IMG/VR virus record: IMGVR_UViG_3300042881_006586
Reading direction: 5' to 3' (one strand)
DNA: 64,000 bases
Origin: a virus
The translations under genes and the position numbers were made by a program. The stretch's first letter is position 1, and the number at the start of each line of letters is the position of its first letter. Below the pieces are notes generated by a model. It saw only the letters and a program-made list of their open reading frames with translations, did not search any database and was not told the origin of the DNA. Positions 9,384 through 18,669 of the stretch are shown piece after piece.

Positions 9384-10226
9384 ATGGTAGGTGTAATTAC
9401 AAGCAGTACAAGTGGATTTCATAAGAATATTTTATTTAATCTTTTGACTGAATTAGGTTATGTAGATATTGTGGATTTTCAAAAGAGAAATGGATTGACT
9501 GCTGATGGATTATTTGGGATGATGTCTTATAATAAACTTTATAGTATTCTTTTGAAAGTTGAAAATATTAATTTTGAAGGACATTATATTAAAACAGTAC
9601 ATCCTAAAAACCAAATTATTTGGCATCATAGTGCAGGGTGGGACAATGCAAGAGGAATGTTTCAGTGGTGGATGAATGATAAAGTTTTTCATGTTGCCAC
9701 TGCAATTGGAATTTCAGACGATGGTACAGTTTCAAAAGGATTTGATGAATCTTTTTGGGCAGCTTCTATTGGTTGTACATCTGATATTTTTATCAAGAAT
9801 GGAGTTCCTTTAAAATATGTAAATGGAAGAGTTGCAAACAATGTTGAATTAGACCAAGCTGCAGTTGCAGTTGAAGTTTGTAATTGGGGTTCTTTAACAT
9901 TCAAAGATGGCAAATATTATTCATGGGCAAATGCAGTTGTTCCTGCAGAAAAGGCTATTGAATTAAATTACAAATATGTCAAATTTTACGAAACCTATAC
10001 TGATGCTGAAATTAAAGCTTTGAAATATTGGACTTTATTAAATGCTTTAAGATTTCAAATACCTGTAGATTACAGTTATGATGATTTCTTCAAAGTGAGC
10101 AAAAAAGCTCTTTCAGGTCAGAAAGGAGTATTCACTCATAATTCATATCGTTCAGATAAAAGTGATGTAAGTCCTCAGCCTAAATTAATTAAAATGGCTG
10201 AATCAATGATTGAATATACAAAATAA
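9384..10226 (+). CDS. endolysin: peptidoglycan-binding domain + N-acetylmuramoyl-L-alanine amidase (Amidase_2-like)
   Basis: FQKRNGLTADG PG-binding motif; IWHHSAG, AVEVCNWG, FTHNSYRSDKSD zinc-amidase motifs. Confidence 0.85.
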   Translation: MVGVITSSTSGFHKNILFNLLTELGYVDIVDFQKRNGLTADGLFGMMSYNKLYSILLKVENINFEGHYIKTVHPKNQIIWHHSAGWDNARGMFQWWMNDKVFHVATAIGISDDGTVSKGFDESFWAASIGCTSDIFIKNGVPLKYVNGRVANNVELDQAAVAVEVCNWGSLTFKDGKYYSWANAVVPAEKAIELNYKYVKFYETYTDAEIKALKYWTLLNALRFQIPVDYSYDDFFKVSKKALSGQKGVFTHNSYRSDKSDVSPQPKLIKMAESMIEYTK

Positions 10227-10267
10227 TTTTGGATAATACAAATTTTATTATATATTAATAAAAAAAA

Positions 10268-10621
10268 ATGTTATTCAGAAATATTACCGAAATATCAGAA
10301 GATTGTTACAATTTAAAATTAGAAGCTTGGTTAACTCCAAAAGATAATTTAGAAAGAGATTATAAGTCAATTGTTAAACGGATTGAAAAAGATTTAAAAC
10401 AATTGACTTTTCAATTGAAATCGGGATTAAGTATTGATGAATACATTATAGATTTAGATTTGAGAGTATCAGGAATAAGTTATGGCAAAAAATCTTATAT
10501 GAAATGTTACATAACTTTAATGAAAAAAGAAAAAGATATTGATACTGAATCATATTTAAATTATTTAAATAACTATTTTGATTCAAATGAGATTTTTGAA
10601 ATGTCTCAGGATAAACGGTAA
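10268..10621 (+). CDS. hypothetical protein
   Basis: 117-aa ORF preceded by a TATATTA motif. Confidence 0.6.
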   Translation: MLFRNITEISEDCYNLKLEAWLTPKDNLERDYKSIVKRIEKDLKQLTFQLKSGLSIDEYIIDLDLRVSGISYGKKSYMKCYITLMKKEKDIDTESYLNYLNNYFDSNEIFEMSQDKR

Positions 10622-10630
10622 ATAAAGGAG

Positions 10631-10668
10631 CAATAAGTATTACAACTTGTAATATTTATTGTTTTTTT
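10631..10668 (+). terminator. probable intrinsic terminator
   Basis: caataagtattacaa / ttgtaatatttattg inverted repeat plus T run. Confidence 0.55.
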
Positions 10669-10700
10669 ATTTTATTAGATATTTATTATTAAAATAGTTA

Positions 10701-12557
10701 ATGAAACCACTTTCTAAAGGTAAGACAGGTTATGGTCTTTTAATTGAATATGATGCAGGCTTTATTAGCCCAAGTGATAATACTCATTTTCTTAGGGAAA
10801 TGAAAGAAGGTTCTGAAAAAGGAATTGTTCGCACTAAGTTATATGGAGTTATGCAAAAATACGGAGTTGAAAATAAAAACGGTCGTATTTATCCTGAAGC
10901 ATTGCTTAAAAGGGAAGCTGATAATTATATGAAATTAGTTGAAATGGGTGCATCAGCAGGTCATACTGACCATCCTGATTGCTATAGTGAAGGAGCTGAA
11001 ATTTTAACAACTGAAGGTTGGAAATTTTTTAAAGATTTAAAAGGAAATGAATCTGTTTATACGTTAAAATTAGATGGTTCGATTTCTGTTGAAAAAATTA
11101 ATAAAAAAATAGTTCAACCTTATAAAGGAAAAATGATTCGTCTAAAGGGGTTGAATATTGATTGTGAAGTTACACCTAATCATAAATTTCCTGTATACGA
11201 TAGAAAAAGAAATCAAAAATTTATCACTGCACAAGAAATTTTTGATGGAACAATAACTGATATGTCTAAACATTTTATACCTAAAAGGGCAAGAAATTTT
11301 GAATTAGGTAAAAATGGAGTCTTTACAATTTCTAAAATTAAAAATTTTCATTCGAGAGTTTCTAAAGTATTTTATAAAAAGCAATTTAAAGATTTAGTTT
11401 TAGACGAGGTTTTATTTGCTTCGTTTATGGGTATTTATTTAGCTGAAGGTTGTTGTTCAACATCAAAAAATTCGTATAAAATATCTATATATCAAAATAA
11501 ACTTGATAATGTAGAAAAAATAGATAATCTATTAAAATCTTTAAATTTTCACTATCATAAACGTGAAAGAAAAATTGGAGGTTTTGTTTTTGAAATTATT
11601 GATGCAAGATTATATAATTTTTTAAAACCTTTAGGTGTTGCAAAAAATAAATATATTCCTGAAGAAATAAAAAATATGTCTTTTGAAGCTTTAAATGCTT
11701 TATTTGAATGGTTTCATTTGGGTGATGGTAGAATAAGAAATGGTAAACAAAAATCTATTTTTTCAACTTCAAAAAGATTAATGGAAGATTTTCAAGAAGT
11801 CTTATTGAAAATTGGAAAATCAGGTAATATTACTATAGATAAAAGAACTGAAAAAGATAGATTAATTAATGAGAATGGTAATGTGCGTGTAATTAAAGCA
11901 TGTAATTCAAATGATATTTATAATTTAAATATATCTAACTGTAATGGCATTTTTCTAAACAAAGATTTTCTAAACGTTGAAGAATTCGATTATGAAGGTA
12001 ATGTTTATTGTGTAAATGTTCCAAATCATACTTTTTTTGCAAGACAAAATGGAAAAACTCATTGGTCAGGAAATAGTGCAATTATTTCAATTAAAGAGGT
12101 TTCAATGAGAGTAACAAATCTTTGGTGGGAAGGAAGAAACTTGATGGGTGAAATTTATTTGCCAATAACCAAAGGATATATCGAAACAGGTGTGATTTCT
12201 CATCCTGCGGATAAAGTTGCTCATGACATTATGCATGGTTTCCAATATGGAGTTTCAAGTCGTGGTGTAGGCAGTTTAGAATCAAAAGGAGGAAAGAATA
12301 TTGTTCAAGATGATTTTGAATTGATTTGTTGGGACTTTGTTACCACTCCAAGTACAAATGGTTCTTGGGTATTCTCAGATAAAAGTAAAGCAGAACCTTT
12401 TAAAGAAAGTTTAGATGTAAAAGGTTATGATGTTGAAGCAGATTTTAATAAACATAAAAAGAATGGAGATATGTGGGATTATATGTTAAAGGGTAGAAGT
12501 CCACAAAAAGTCGATAAAATAAACAATGTATTCAATAGTTTTCTTGATAAATTTTAG
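10701..12557 (+). CDS. prohead maturation protease (T4 gp21-like) containing an intein
   Basis: ENKNGRIYP, DHP catalytic His, GVSSRGVG catalytic Ser, WDFVTTPS. Confidence 0.92.
   Translation: MKPLSKGKTGYGLLIEYDAGFISPSDNTHFLREMKEGSEKGIVRTKLYGVMQKYGVENKNGRIYPEALLKREADNYMKLVEMGASAGHTDHPDCYSEGAEILTTEGWKFFKDLKGNESVYTLKLDGSISVEKINKKIVQPYKGKMIRLKGLNIDCEVTPNHKFPVYDRKRNQKFITAQEIFDGTITDMSKHFIPKRARNFELGKNGVFTISKIKNFHSRVSKVFYKKQFKDLVLDEVLFASFMGIYLAEGCCSTSKNSYKISIYQNKLDNVEKIDNLLKSLNFHYHKRERKIGGFVFEIIDARLYNFLKPLGVAKNKYIPEEIKNMSFEALNALFEWFHLGDGRIRNGKQKSIFSTSKRLMEDFQEVLLKIGKSGNITIDKRTEKDRLINENGNVRVIKACNSNDIYNLNISNCNGIFLNKDFLNVEEFDYEGNVYCVNVPNHTFFARQNGKTHWSGNSAIISIKEVSMRVTNLWWEGRNLMGEIYLPITKGYIETGVISHPADKVAHDIMHGFQYGVSSRGVGSLESKGGKNIVQDDFELICWDFVTTPSTNGSWVFSDKSKAEPFKESLDVKGYDVEADFNKHKKNGDMWDYMLKGRSPQKVDKINNVFNSFLDKF
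10980..12074 (+). mobile_element. intein (365 aa) with LAGLIDADG homing endonuclease
   Basis: CYSEGAEILTTEGW start, VTPNH block B, FMGIYLAEG and FHLGDG LAGLIDADG motifs, VYCVNVPNHTFF..WSGN/S end. Confidence 0.92.
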
Positions 12558-12586
12558 AAAATTAGGATTTTTTCAAAATAACAAAA

Positions 12587-12594
12587 TATTTATA
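12587..12594 (+). promoter_or_regulatory. putative late promoter TATTTATA (representative of ~16 copies)
   Basis: Same octamer 7-16 nt upstream of start codons of structural units on both strands (listed in findings). Confidence 0.7.
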
Positions 12595-12610
12595 AATAAA
12601 ACAAAAAGCA

Positions 12611-13987
12611 ATGTCAAAAAATTTATTAGAAGAATTGCTAATTCAAGCAAGCACGTTAAATGAGGTAACTGAAAAACGTGTTAATAATAATCAAAAAATA
12701 GTAATCGAAAATACTATGGCTTCTGCTGTTCGTAACTTTATTCAAGAAGCGGTAGGAGAAGAGGAAATTAATACTGCAGTTAATCCGCAAGAGCAAGGAA
12801 TGAGTCCTAAAGAAGCTGCTGAAGCTGCTAAATTGATGAAAGAAATGGAAAAACTTTATTCTGAAGAAGAAGTCGATGCTGAAACAGGTGAACCTTTAGC
12901 TTCTGATGAGGAAGACGAAGAGGAAGAAGAAGAGGAAGAAGACTATTCGGATGAAGATGAGGAAGAAGACTATTCGGATGAAGATGAGGAAGATGAAGAT
13001 TATTCTGAAGAAGATGAAGATATGTATGGTAGTGAATACACAGCGGATGAAGATGAAGAAGATGAAGATTATTCTGAAGAAGATGAAGATATGTATGGTA
13101 GTGAATACACAGCGGATGAAGATGAAGAAGAAGTCACGGATATGACTAATGCAGAAATCAATGATGTAATGGAGTTCATTGAGAATTCGGCTGAAGATGT
13201 GGTTATTCAGGTGGTAAAACACCCAACATACAATGTTAAGGTTTCAGGTGGCTCAAAAGGAATGTCAAAAGGCATGGGTTCATCTATGGAAGATGAAGAT
13301 GTAGAACTTGAAATTGACGAAACTGTACTTATGGAAATGATGAAAGGGTTGAAAGCTGAAATGAGAGGTAAAAATCCTATGAAACATGGAAGAGGCATGA
13401 AGCAAGAGGAAATTAAGGATATATATGAAGATGAAGATATTACTCTTGAAATCGAATTAGATGAAATGGAAGGTATGGAAGGTTTAGATGAGATGGAATT
13501 AGAACCGAGTCAAATGACAGACCCTAAAACAGGTAAAACATACGAATTAAAAGCTGTTGCCGAAAATCGTAGACTTAAAAACCGACTAAACCAATTGATT
13601 GCTGAGAACAAAAAATTGAAAATTAATGAAACAAAATCAATTGCAGCATTAAAATCAATGATTGAACAAACCAAACAAGTTGCTTTAGTAAACAGTAATC
13701 TTGCATATGTTTCAAGACTTTTCACTGAACATTCAACTACAAAACAAGAAAAAATTGCCATTTTGAAAGAATTTGATTCTGCTAAAACTTTAAAAGAATC
13801 TGAAATGACTTTCAAAATACTGACTGAATCTTTGGGTAAAAGAACTCAAAAGAAAACTTTAAATGTAAACATTAATGAAGCTGTAGATTTTAACAAACAG
13901 AAAGTTGTAAAAGAAGAAAAAGCTTATGTCAATGACCCTGAGCAAGCGCAGATTTTACGATTGATGAATTATAAATCTACCCTTTAA
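12611..13987 (+). CDS. prohead scaffold/core protein (T4 gp22-like position)
   Basis: Highly acidic, coiled-coil C-terminus, lies between protease and capsid gene. Confidence 0.8.
   Translation: MSKNLLEELLIQASTLNEVTEKRVNNNQKIVIENTMASAVRNFIQEAVGEEEINTAVNPQEQGMSPKEAAEAAKLMKEMEKLYSEEEVDAETGEPLASDEEDEEEEEEEEDYSDEDEEEDYSDEDEEDEDYSEEDEDMYGSEYTADEDEEDEDYSEEDEDMYGSEYTADEDEEEVTDMTNAEINDVMEFIENSAEDVVIQVVKHPTYNVKVSGGSKGMSKGMGSSMEDEDVELEIDETVLMEMMKGLKAEMRGKNPMKHGRGMKQEEIKDIYEDEDITLEIELDEMEGMEGLDEMELEPSQMTDPKTGKTYELKAVAENRRLKNRLNQLIAENKKLKINETKSIAALKSMIEQTKQVALVNSNLAYVSRLFTEHSTTKQEKIAILKEFDSAKTLKESEMTFKILTESLGKRTQKKTLNVNINEAVDFNKQKVVKEEKAYVNDPEQAQILRLMNYKSTL
12989..13129 (+). repeat. 2 x 69-nt tandem duplication in scaffold (EDEDYSEEDEDMYGSEYTADEDE)
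   Basis: tattctgaagaagatgaagatatgtatggtagtgaatacacagcggat at 13001 and 13070. Confidence 0.9.
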
Positions 13988-14023
13988 AAAAAACACGTAA
14001 ACAAAAAATTAAAATAATCAAAA

Positions 14024-15847
14024 ATGAGTATTATTTCTTCTAACAAACTTGGTAATATTACTACCAATAGAGAACGCTCACTTCGTCAAGAAATTACGGA
14101 GCGTTATGAAAACGTTGGTCGAGTTATCAACGAAAGAGGTCAAGTCCTTAAAGAAGGTGTGAATTGGCTTGGTGGACTTAAAGGTCACGTAAAAGACAAT
14201 ATCGCTTTGCTTTTCGAAAATCAAGCTAAGATTCTTAATGAGCAAACTGATTCATCTTCAAGCGGTTCTTTTGAAACAGTTGCGTTTCCTATGATTCGCA
14301 GAATTTTCTCTAAATTGCTTGCTAACGATATCGTATCTGTACAAGCGATGACACATCCTTCAGGAACATTGTTCTTCTACTATCCTCAGATTTCTGATAG
14401 AGTTGTAACTGTTGACCCTATTACAGGTTATGAAGTTCAAAGCCATACTTCACAAATTGCTAACCTTCCTGCATGTATCAGCGGTCACAACTGTTCTGAT
14501 ACCACTTTCACAGGTTGCAAATCATTGTATGACCGTTTCTATGATGATGGTACATATGATTTCTCTAAAGGTAAATTCACTGTTGTTACAGCTACAGGTG
14601 AAGCAGTTTCTTTGGATGTAAACGGTTGTTGGACAACTTACACTCCTGCAATTGCAACTGATGGTTCACTTCGTCACGTTAAATTTGGTGTTACAGGTTT
14701 TGATAATAGCAATCTTTCTTCTTCTAAAGGTCACACTGCTCGTTTGGGTGGTCGTGGTGGAAAAGGTCTTGAAATTGATAACCAAGAATTCCTTGCTTCT
14801 TTCACTGTTATTTGGGCAAATGTTGCTCCACTTCTTGACCCTAACGGAAATGTTATCTTCAACGAAGGTGATGTTATTCCTTTCCGTTCAGTGGCTCAAA
14901 AATATGGTCAAAGACTTGTACATTGGTCTGATTGGTGTGACCCTAATGGTACATTCTACATTGAATTGGATTTGACTCAACCTAATCCTGACTGTGTTGG
15001 TTGTCCTACATTTGATGGTTACATCGGTGCTGCATCAGGTACTACTTTTGCTGCAGAAGATATCGCTTTCGTTTGGAGACGTTATGATGACCTTGAATAC
15101 GAAACAGAAATGGGTGAAGTAACATTTACAATTGAGAAAATCAACGTAACTGTTAAACCTCGCAAACTTCGTGCTCGTTGGAGTCCTGAACTTGCTCAAG
15201 ACGTTAATGCTTATCATAACATTGATGCTGAAGCAGAACTTACTGCTCTTCTTTCTGAGCAAATCGCTATGGAAATCGACCGTGAAATTCTTCGTGAATT
15301 GAAGCGTGGTGCTGCTTGGACTCTTCGTTGGGACTTCTTGGGATGGAAATATCAAGGTTCTCAAAAATACACTGAGAAAGAGTGGAAACAAACTCTTATC
15401 ACTCGTATCAACCAACTTTCTGCTCAAATCCACAAATCTACTCTTCGTGGCGGTGCTAACTTTATCGTAGTTTCTACTGAGGTTTCTGCATTGTTCGATG
15501 ACCTTGAAAACTTCATGGTTTCTAACGGTAACGTGGATGATGACAAATACAACTTGGGTATGCGTAGAATCGGTACTTTGAGTGGTCGTTACACTGTATA
15601 TGTTGACCCATATGCAAAAGCAGGTGACATTTTGATTGGTCACAAAGGTAGCTCTATCCTTGACACAGGATACATCTATGCTCCTTATGTACCACTTCAA
15701 TTAACTCCAACTTTGACTGACCCTCATACTTTCACAAATGTAAAAGGTATCACTACTCGCTACGCTACTGCTTACATTAACAATCATTATTTTGCAAGAG
15801 TTGTTGTAGATAACATTCCTACATTCGACACTCGTGAATTGAGATAG
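14024..15847 (+). CDS. major capsid protein (T4 gp23-like) with Cys-rich insertion
   Basis: LFENQA, PMIRRIF, DIVSVQAM, RKLRARWSPELAQD, AEAELT..EIDREI, YAPYVPL, TRYA; highly expressed codon usage; strong terminator follows. Confidence 0.95.
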   Translation: MSIISSNKLGNITTNRERSLRQEITERYENVGRVINERGQVLKEGVNWLGGLKGHVKDNIALLFENQAKILNEQTDSSSSGSFETVAFPMIRRIFSKLLANDIVSVQAMTHPSGTLFFYYPQISDRVVTVDPITGYEVQSHTSQIANLPACISGHNCSDTTFTGCKSLYDRFYDDGTYDFSKGKFTVVTATGEAVSLDVNGCWTTYTPAIATDGSLRHVKFGVTGFDNSNLSSSKGHTARLGGRGGKGLEIDNQEFLASFTVIWANVAPLLDPNGNVIFNEGDVIPFRSVAQKYGQRLVHWSDWCDPNGTFYIELDLTQPNPDCVGCPTFDGYIGAASGTTFAAEDIAFVWRRYDDLEYETEMGEVTFTIEKINVTVKPRKLRARWSPELAQDVNAYHNIDAEAELTALLSEQIAMEIDREILRELKRGAAWTLRWDFLGWKYQGSQKYTEKEWKQTLITRINQLSAQIHKSTLRGGANFIVVSTEVSALFDDLENFMVSNGNVDDDKYNLGMRRIGTLSGRYTVYVDPYAKAGDILIGHKGSSILDTGYIYAPYVPLQLTPTLTDPHTFTNVKGITTRYATAYINNHYFARVVVDNIPTFDTRELR

Positions 15848-15868
15848 TCAAAATTTCATTTGAAATTT

Positions 15869-15905
15869 AAAAGACCTCTAAAGAAATTTAGGGGTCTTTT
15901 TTTTT
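15869..15905 (+). terminator. intrinsic terminator after the capsid gene
   Basis: aaaagacctctaaa-GAAA-tttaggggtctttt plus T run. Confidence 0.9.
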
Positions 15906-15955
15906 GTTTATTTATATTTATATATAAAAAAGTAGATATTTATATATAAAAATAA

Positions 15956-17395
15956 ATGGATTTTGAATCTTTCATAAAAGAAGCTATAAATGAAATCCAA
16001 TCAAAAGAAGATAAAATTCAAAAGAAAAAAATAGTAATTGAATTTGAAATTGATTGGAATAAAGACATAGGTAAAGTTAAACAAGAAATTACTTTAGCTA
16101 TGTCTAAAGATAGTATTGGTTTATTTAAACTCGGAAAAGATATTGAAAAATTTTCAGGCTTAACTTTAAAAGATGCAGAAAAATCTAAAGAAACTCCTGA
16201 TGATGCGTATGTCTATGGATTATGTAATGTTATGAATGGAGGTAAAGATATATTCTTTTGGACTAACGGTACTCGCCTTTCAGGAGCTGCTAAAAAATCA
16301 GGTGTATTAGAAGCGATTATAGAGCAAATTTCTCATGAATGTGTTCATTTGACTCGTTTAATATTATCAAAACATGTCTTTGAAAAAGATGAAGAGTGGT
16401 ATACTAAAGATTTAGTTATAAGTGACAAAAAAGGAAAAAATATTATTGATGAGGAAGCTTTTGCTACTGCTGAAGGAATAATAGCTGAAAAAATCCTTCC
16501 ATATTTTTTAGACATGGCAAAAGAGTATATACCTCAATTGAGAAAATTAAATTTAAATGAATCAAAAAATCTCACAGGGTTAAGAAGATGGTTCAAAGAA
16601 AAATGGGTAGATGTCTCAAGAAAAGTAGATGGTAAACATCCTGAATGTGGAAGAAGTGATGCTGATAAAGGTGCTTATCCTAAATGCAGACCTTCAAAAA
16701 AAGTAAACAGTAAAACTCCAAAGATAGCTTCATCATTTTCAAAAAAAGAAAAACAATCAATGGTAAGAAAAAAGAGGGCTGCAGAAAAAAAACCAAGACA
16801 AGGTAAAACTCCTCATTATACAACTTATAAAGAATCTGAAGAAATGAATATAAACGAAACAGAATTGTGTGCAAGAGGAAAGGATGCTGCAAAAGAGAAG
16901 TTTGATGTGTATCCAAGTATCTATGCTAATTCTTTTGCAGTTAAAGTCTGCAAAGGACAGGTAAAAGGTCTCGATGGAAAAAAATCTGTTGCATCAGGAT
17001 ACCAAAAGAAAAAAGGTAAACCAAAAAGAATTAAAGAATCCTTTGAAGATTTAAAACTTGATTTGATAAATGATAGAGTTCTAAATGAATCATATCAATG
17101 GGTTCTTCAGGAAGCAACATACAAAGGAAAAAAAGTTACCCTTAATAGACCGTTTAGACAGGCTGCTGCAGGTAAAAAGTTTGCAGTATATGTCAAAGCT
17201 CCTTCAGGGAATGTAAAGAGAATTAGATTTGGAGCTCAAGGTTATCGTGTTAGAAATGCGAACAAAGGTGCAGCAAGTAATTTTCAAAAGAGACATAAAT
17301 GCTCTGAAAAGAAAGATAGAACAAAGGCAGGATATTGGGCTTGCAGAGCACATTTATATTCAAGTTTAAAATTGGCATCCTCAAGAAAATGGTAA
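15956..17395 (+). CDS. multi-module putative head polyprotein (HExxH domain + three small basic Cys-containing modules)
   Basis: SHECVH motif; modules WFKEKWVD..CGRS..YPKCRP, LCARGK..YPSIYAN, KKFAVYVK..RHKC..AGYWAC separated by LNE/INE/LQE. Confidence 0.65.
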   Translation: MDFESFIKEAINEIQSKEDKIQKKKIVIEFEIDWNKDIGKVKQEITLAMSKDSIGLFKLGKDIEKFSGLTLKDAEKSKETPDDAYVYGLCNVMNGGKDIFFWTNGTRLSGAAKKSGVLEAIIEQISHECVHLTRLILSKHVFEKDEEWYTKDLVISDKKGKNIIDEEAFATAEGIIAEKILPYFLDMAKEYIPQLRKLNLNESKNLTGLRRWFKEKWVDVSRKVDGKHPECGRSDADKGAYPKCRPSKKVNSKTPKIASSFSKKEKQSMVRKKRAAEKKPRQGKTPHYTTYKESEEMNINETELCARGKDAAKEKFDVYPSIYANSFAVKVCKGQVKGLDGKKSVASGYQKKKGKPKRIKESFEDLKLDLINDRVLNESYQWVLQEATYKGKKVTLNRPFRQAAAGKKFAVYVKAPSGNVKRIRFGAQGYRVRNANKGAASNFQKRHKCSEKKDRTKAGYWACRAHLYSSLKLASSRKW

Positions 17396-17396
17396 T

Positions 17397-18266
17397 ATGG
17401 AAAAATTAGTTTATTCAGAATATATCCCTGTAGAAATACTTAAATTAGTCAAAAAAGATAAAGGAATCTTTGATGGATATTCCTATCAAAAATTTTTGAA
17501 TGAAACTTGTCCTGATATTCAAGAAAGTTTAAAGGAATTGCAATATATAAAAAAAGAATTTCCTTTGGATGAAGATTTTGTTAGAGAGTATGATGATATT
17601 GCTACAATATTTTCAGAATATTTTTCTTTTCAAGACGATGTTCGTGAATCTATTGAAAGTATTATAGATGATTCTCGTATAATAATTTCAATAATAAAAT
17701 GGTATTATAATAGAATAAGACCTTACCAATTGGCTAAAAAATATAATATTGAAATTGATAATCTTTTGCTTGATACAATGGTAAATCCAAGTTTTCCATC
17801 GGGACATTCTGCTCAATCTTATATCATAGCTTATTATTTTGGGGGAATTTATCCCGACCTTAAAAAAGATTTATTAGAGTTAGCTAATAAGATTTCAGTT
17901 TCAAGATTGGCAGCTAAAGCGCATTATCCAAGTGATATTGCTTTTGGAAGAGTTATAGGTCAAGATATGGCAAATTTTCTTATAGATAACAAAGTAGATT
18001 TAGATGCTGAAAAATTGCCATTTGACGAAGAAAAATACAAAGGATATGTTATCAGGTCTTTTTCGAAAGATATTGCCTCAGATGAGCTAAAATGGCACAC
18101 AGATGGGGAGCATAGAACAATAATTCCTTTGAATGAGAATGATTGGATGATACAATTGGATAATGAGCTTCCAAAACCTATCAAAGGAAAAATATTTATT
18201 CCTGAAGGAAAATATCATAGAGTTATCAAAGGAACTACAGATTTACATATTAAAGTAATAAAATAA
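17397..18266 (+). CDS. PAP2-family acid phosphatase fused to a C-terminal cupin-like domain
   Basis: KxxxxRxRP, PSFPSGHS, SRxxxxxHYxSD PAP2 motifs; WHTD..FIPEGKYHRVIKG cupin-like. Confidence 0.8.
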   Translation: MEKLVYSEYIPVEILKLVKKDKGIFDGYSYQKFLNETCPDIQESLKELQYIKKEFPLDEDFVREYDDIATIFSEYFSFQDDVRESIESIIDDSRIIISIIKWYYNRIRPYQLAKKYNIEIDNLLLDTMVNPSFPSGHSAQSYIIAYYFGGIYPDLKKDLLELANKISVSRLAAKAHYPSDIAFGRVIGQDMANFLIDNKVDLDAEKLPFDEEKYKGYVIRSFSKDIASDELKWHTDGEHRTIIPLNENDWMIQLDNELPKPIKGKIFIPEGKYHRVIKGTTDLHIKVIK

Positions 18267-18271
18267 ACAAT

Positions 18272-18625
18272 ATGAAACTTATACTTAACGAAAATACTAA
18301 AAAGACTCTTCTCAGTGAGAATTTGAAATATCATTTGAAAAATAGAATAACTATACACGAATCAGTTTTCAGAATCGGTTCAGATTCTTGGTGTGATTTG
18401 ATAAATGAAGTAAGAGAATTACATGAGGATGGATTGATTATGTTGAATGAAGAGGAGCAGGAAATCATTGATTCAGATGCAGGTGAATATGGTTTGTATG
18501 AAGGAGAAGATGTTCCTTTGGATGCACCGTTTCTTCTTGAAGTAAAAAATGATGGAACAAAATTGTATGGTGTGTTTGTTCTTGATGAACACGAAAATAC
18601 TAAAAAAGTAGTTTTTAAAGCATAA
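18272..18625 (+). CDS. hypothetical protein with MKLILNE leader
   Basis: 117-aa ORF closing the operon before a terminator. Confidence 0.6.
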   Translation: MKLILNENTKKTLLSENLKYHLKNRITIHESVFRIGSDSWCDLINEVRELHEDGLIMLNEEEQEIIDSDAGEYGLYEGEDVPLDAPFLLEVKNDGTKLYGVFVLDEHENTKKVVFKA

Positions 18626-18628
18626 TAA

Positions 18629-18658
18629 AAAAGCCTCTGAATTTCTTCAGAGGCTTTT
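18629..18658. terminator. bidirectional intrinsic terminator
   Basis: aaaagcctctgaa-tttc-ttcagaggctttt between convergent genes. Confidence 0.9.
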
Positions 18659-18669
18659 GTTTTTAGTTG

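Noticed and set aside
2138-15700. Long antisense or alternate-frame ORFs (e.g. 2428-2892, 2873-3349, 8056-8706, 12896-13222, 15035-15700)
   Set aside because: They are shadows of low-complexity or strongly codon-biased genes on the other strand or frame, with no independent signals.
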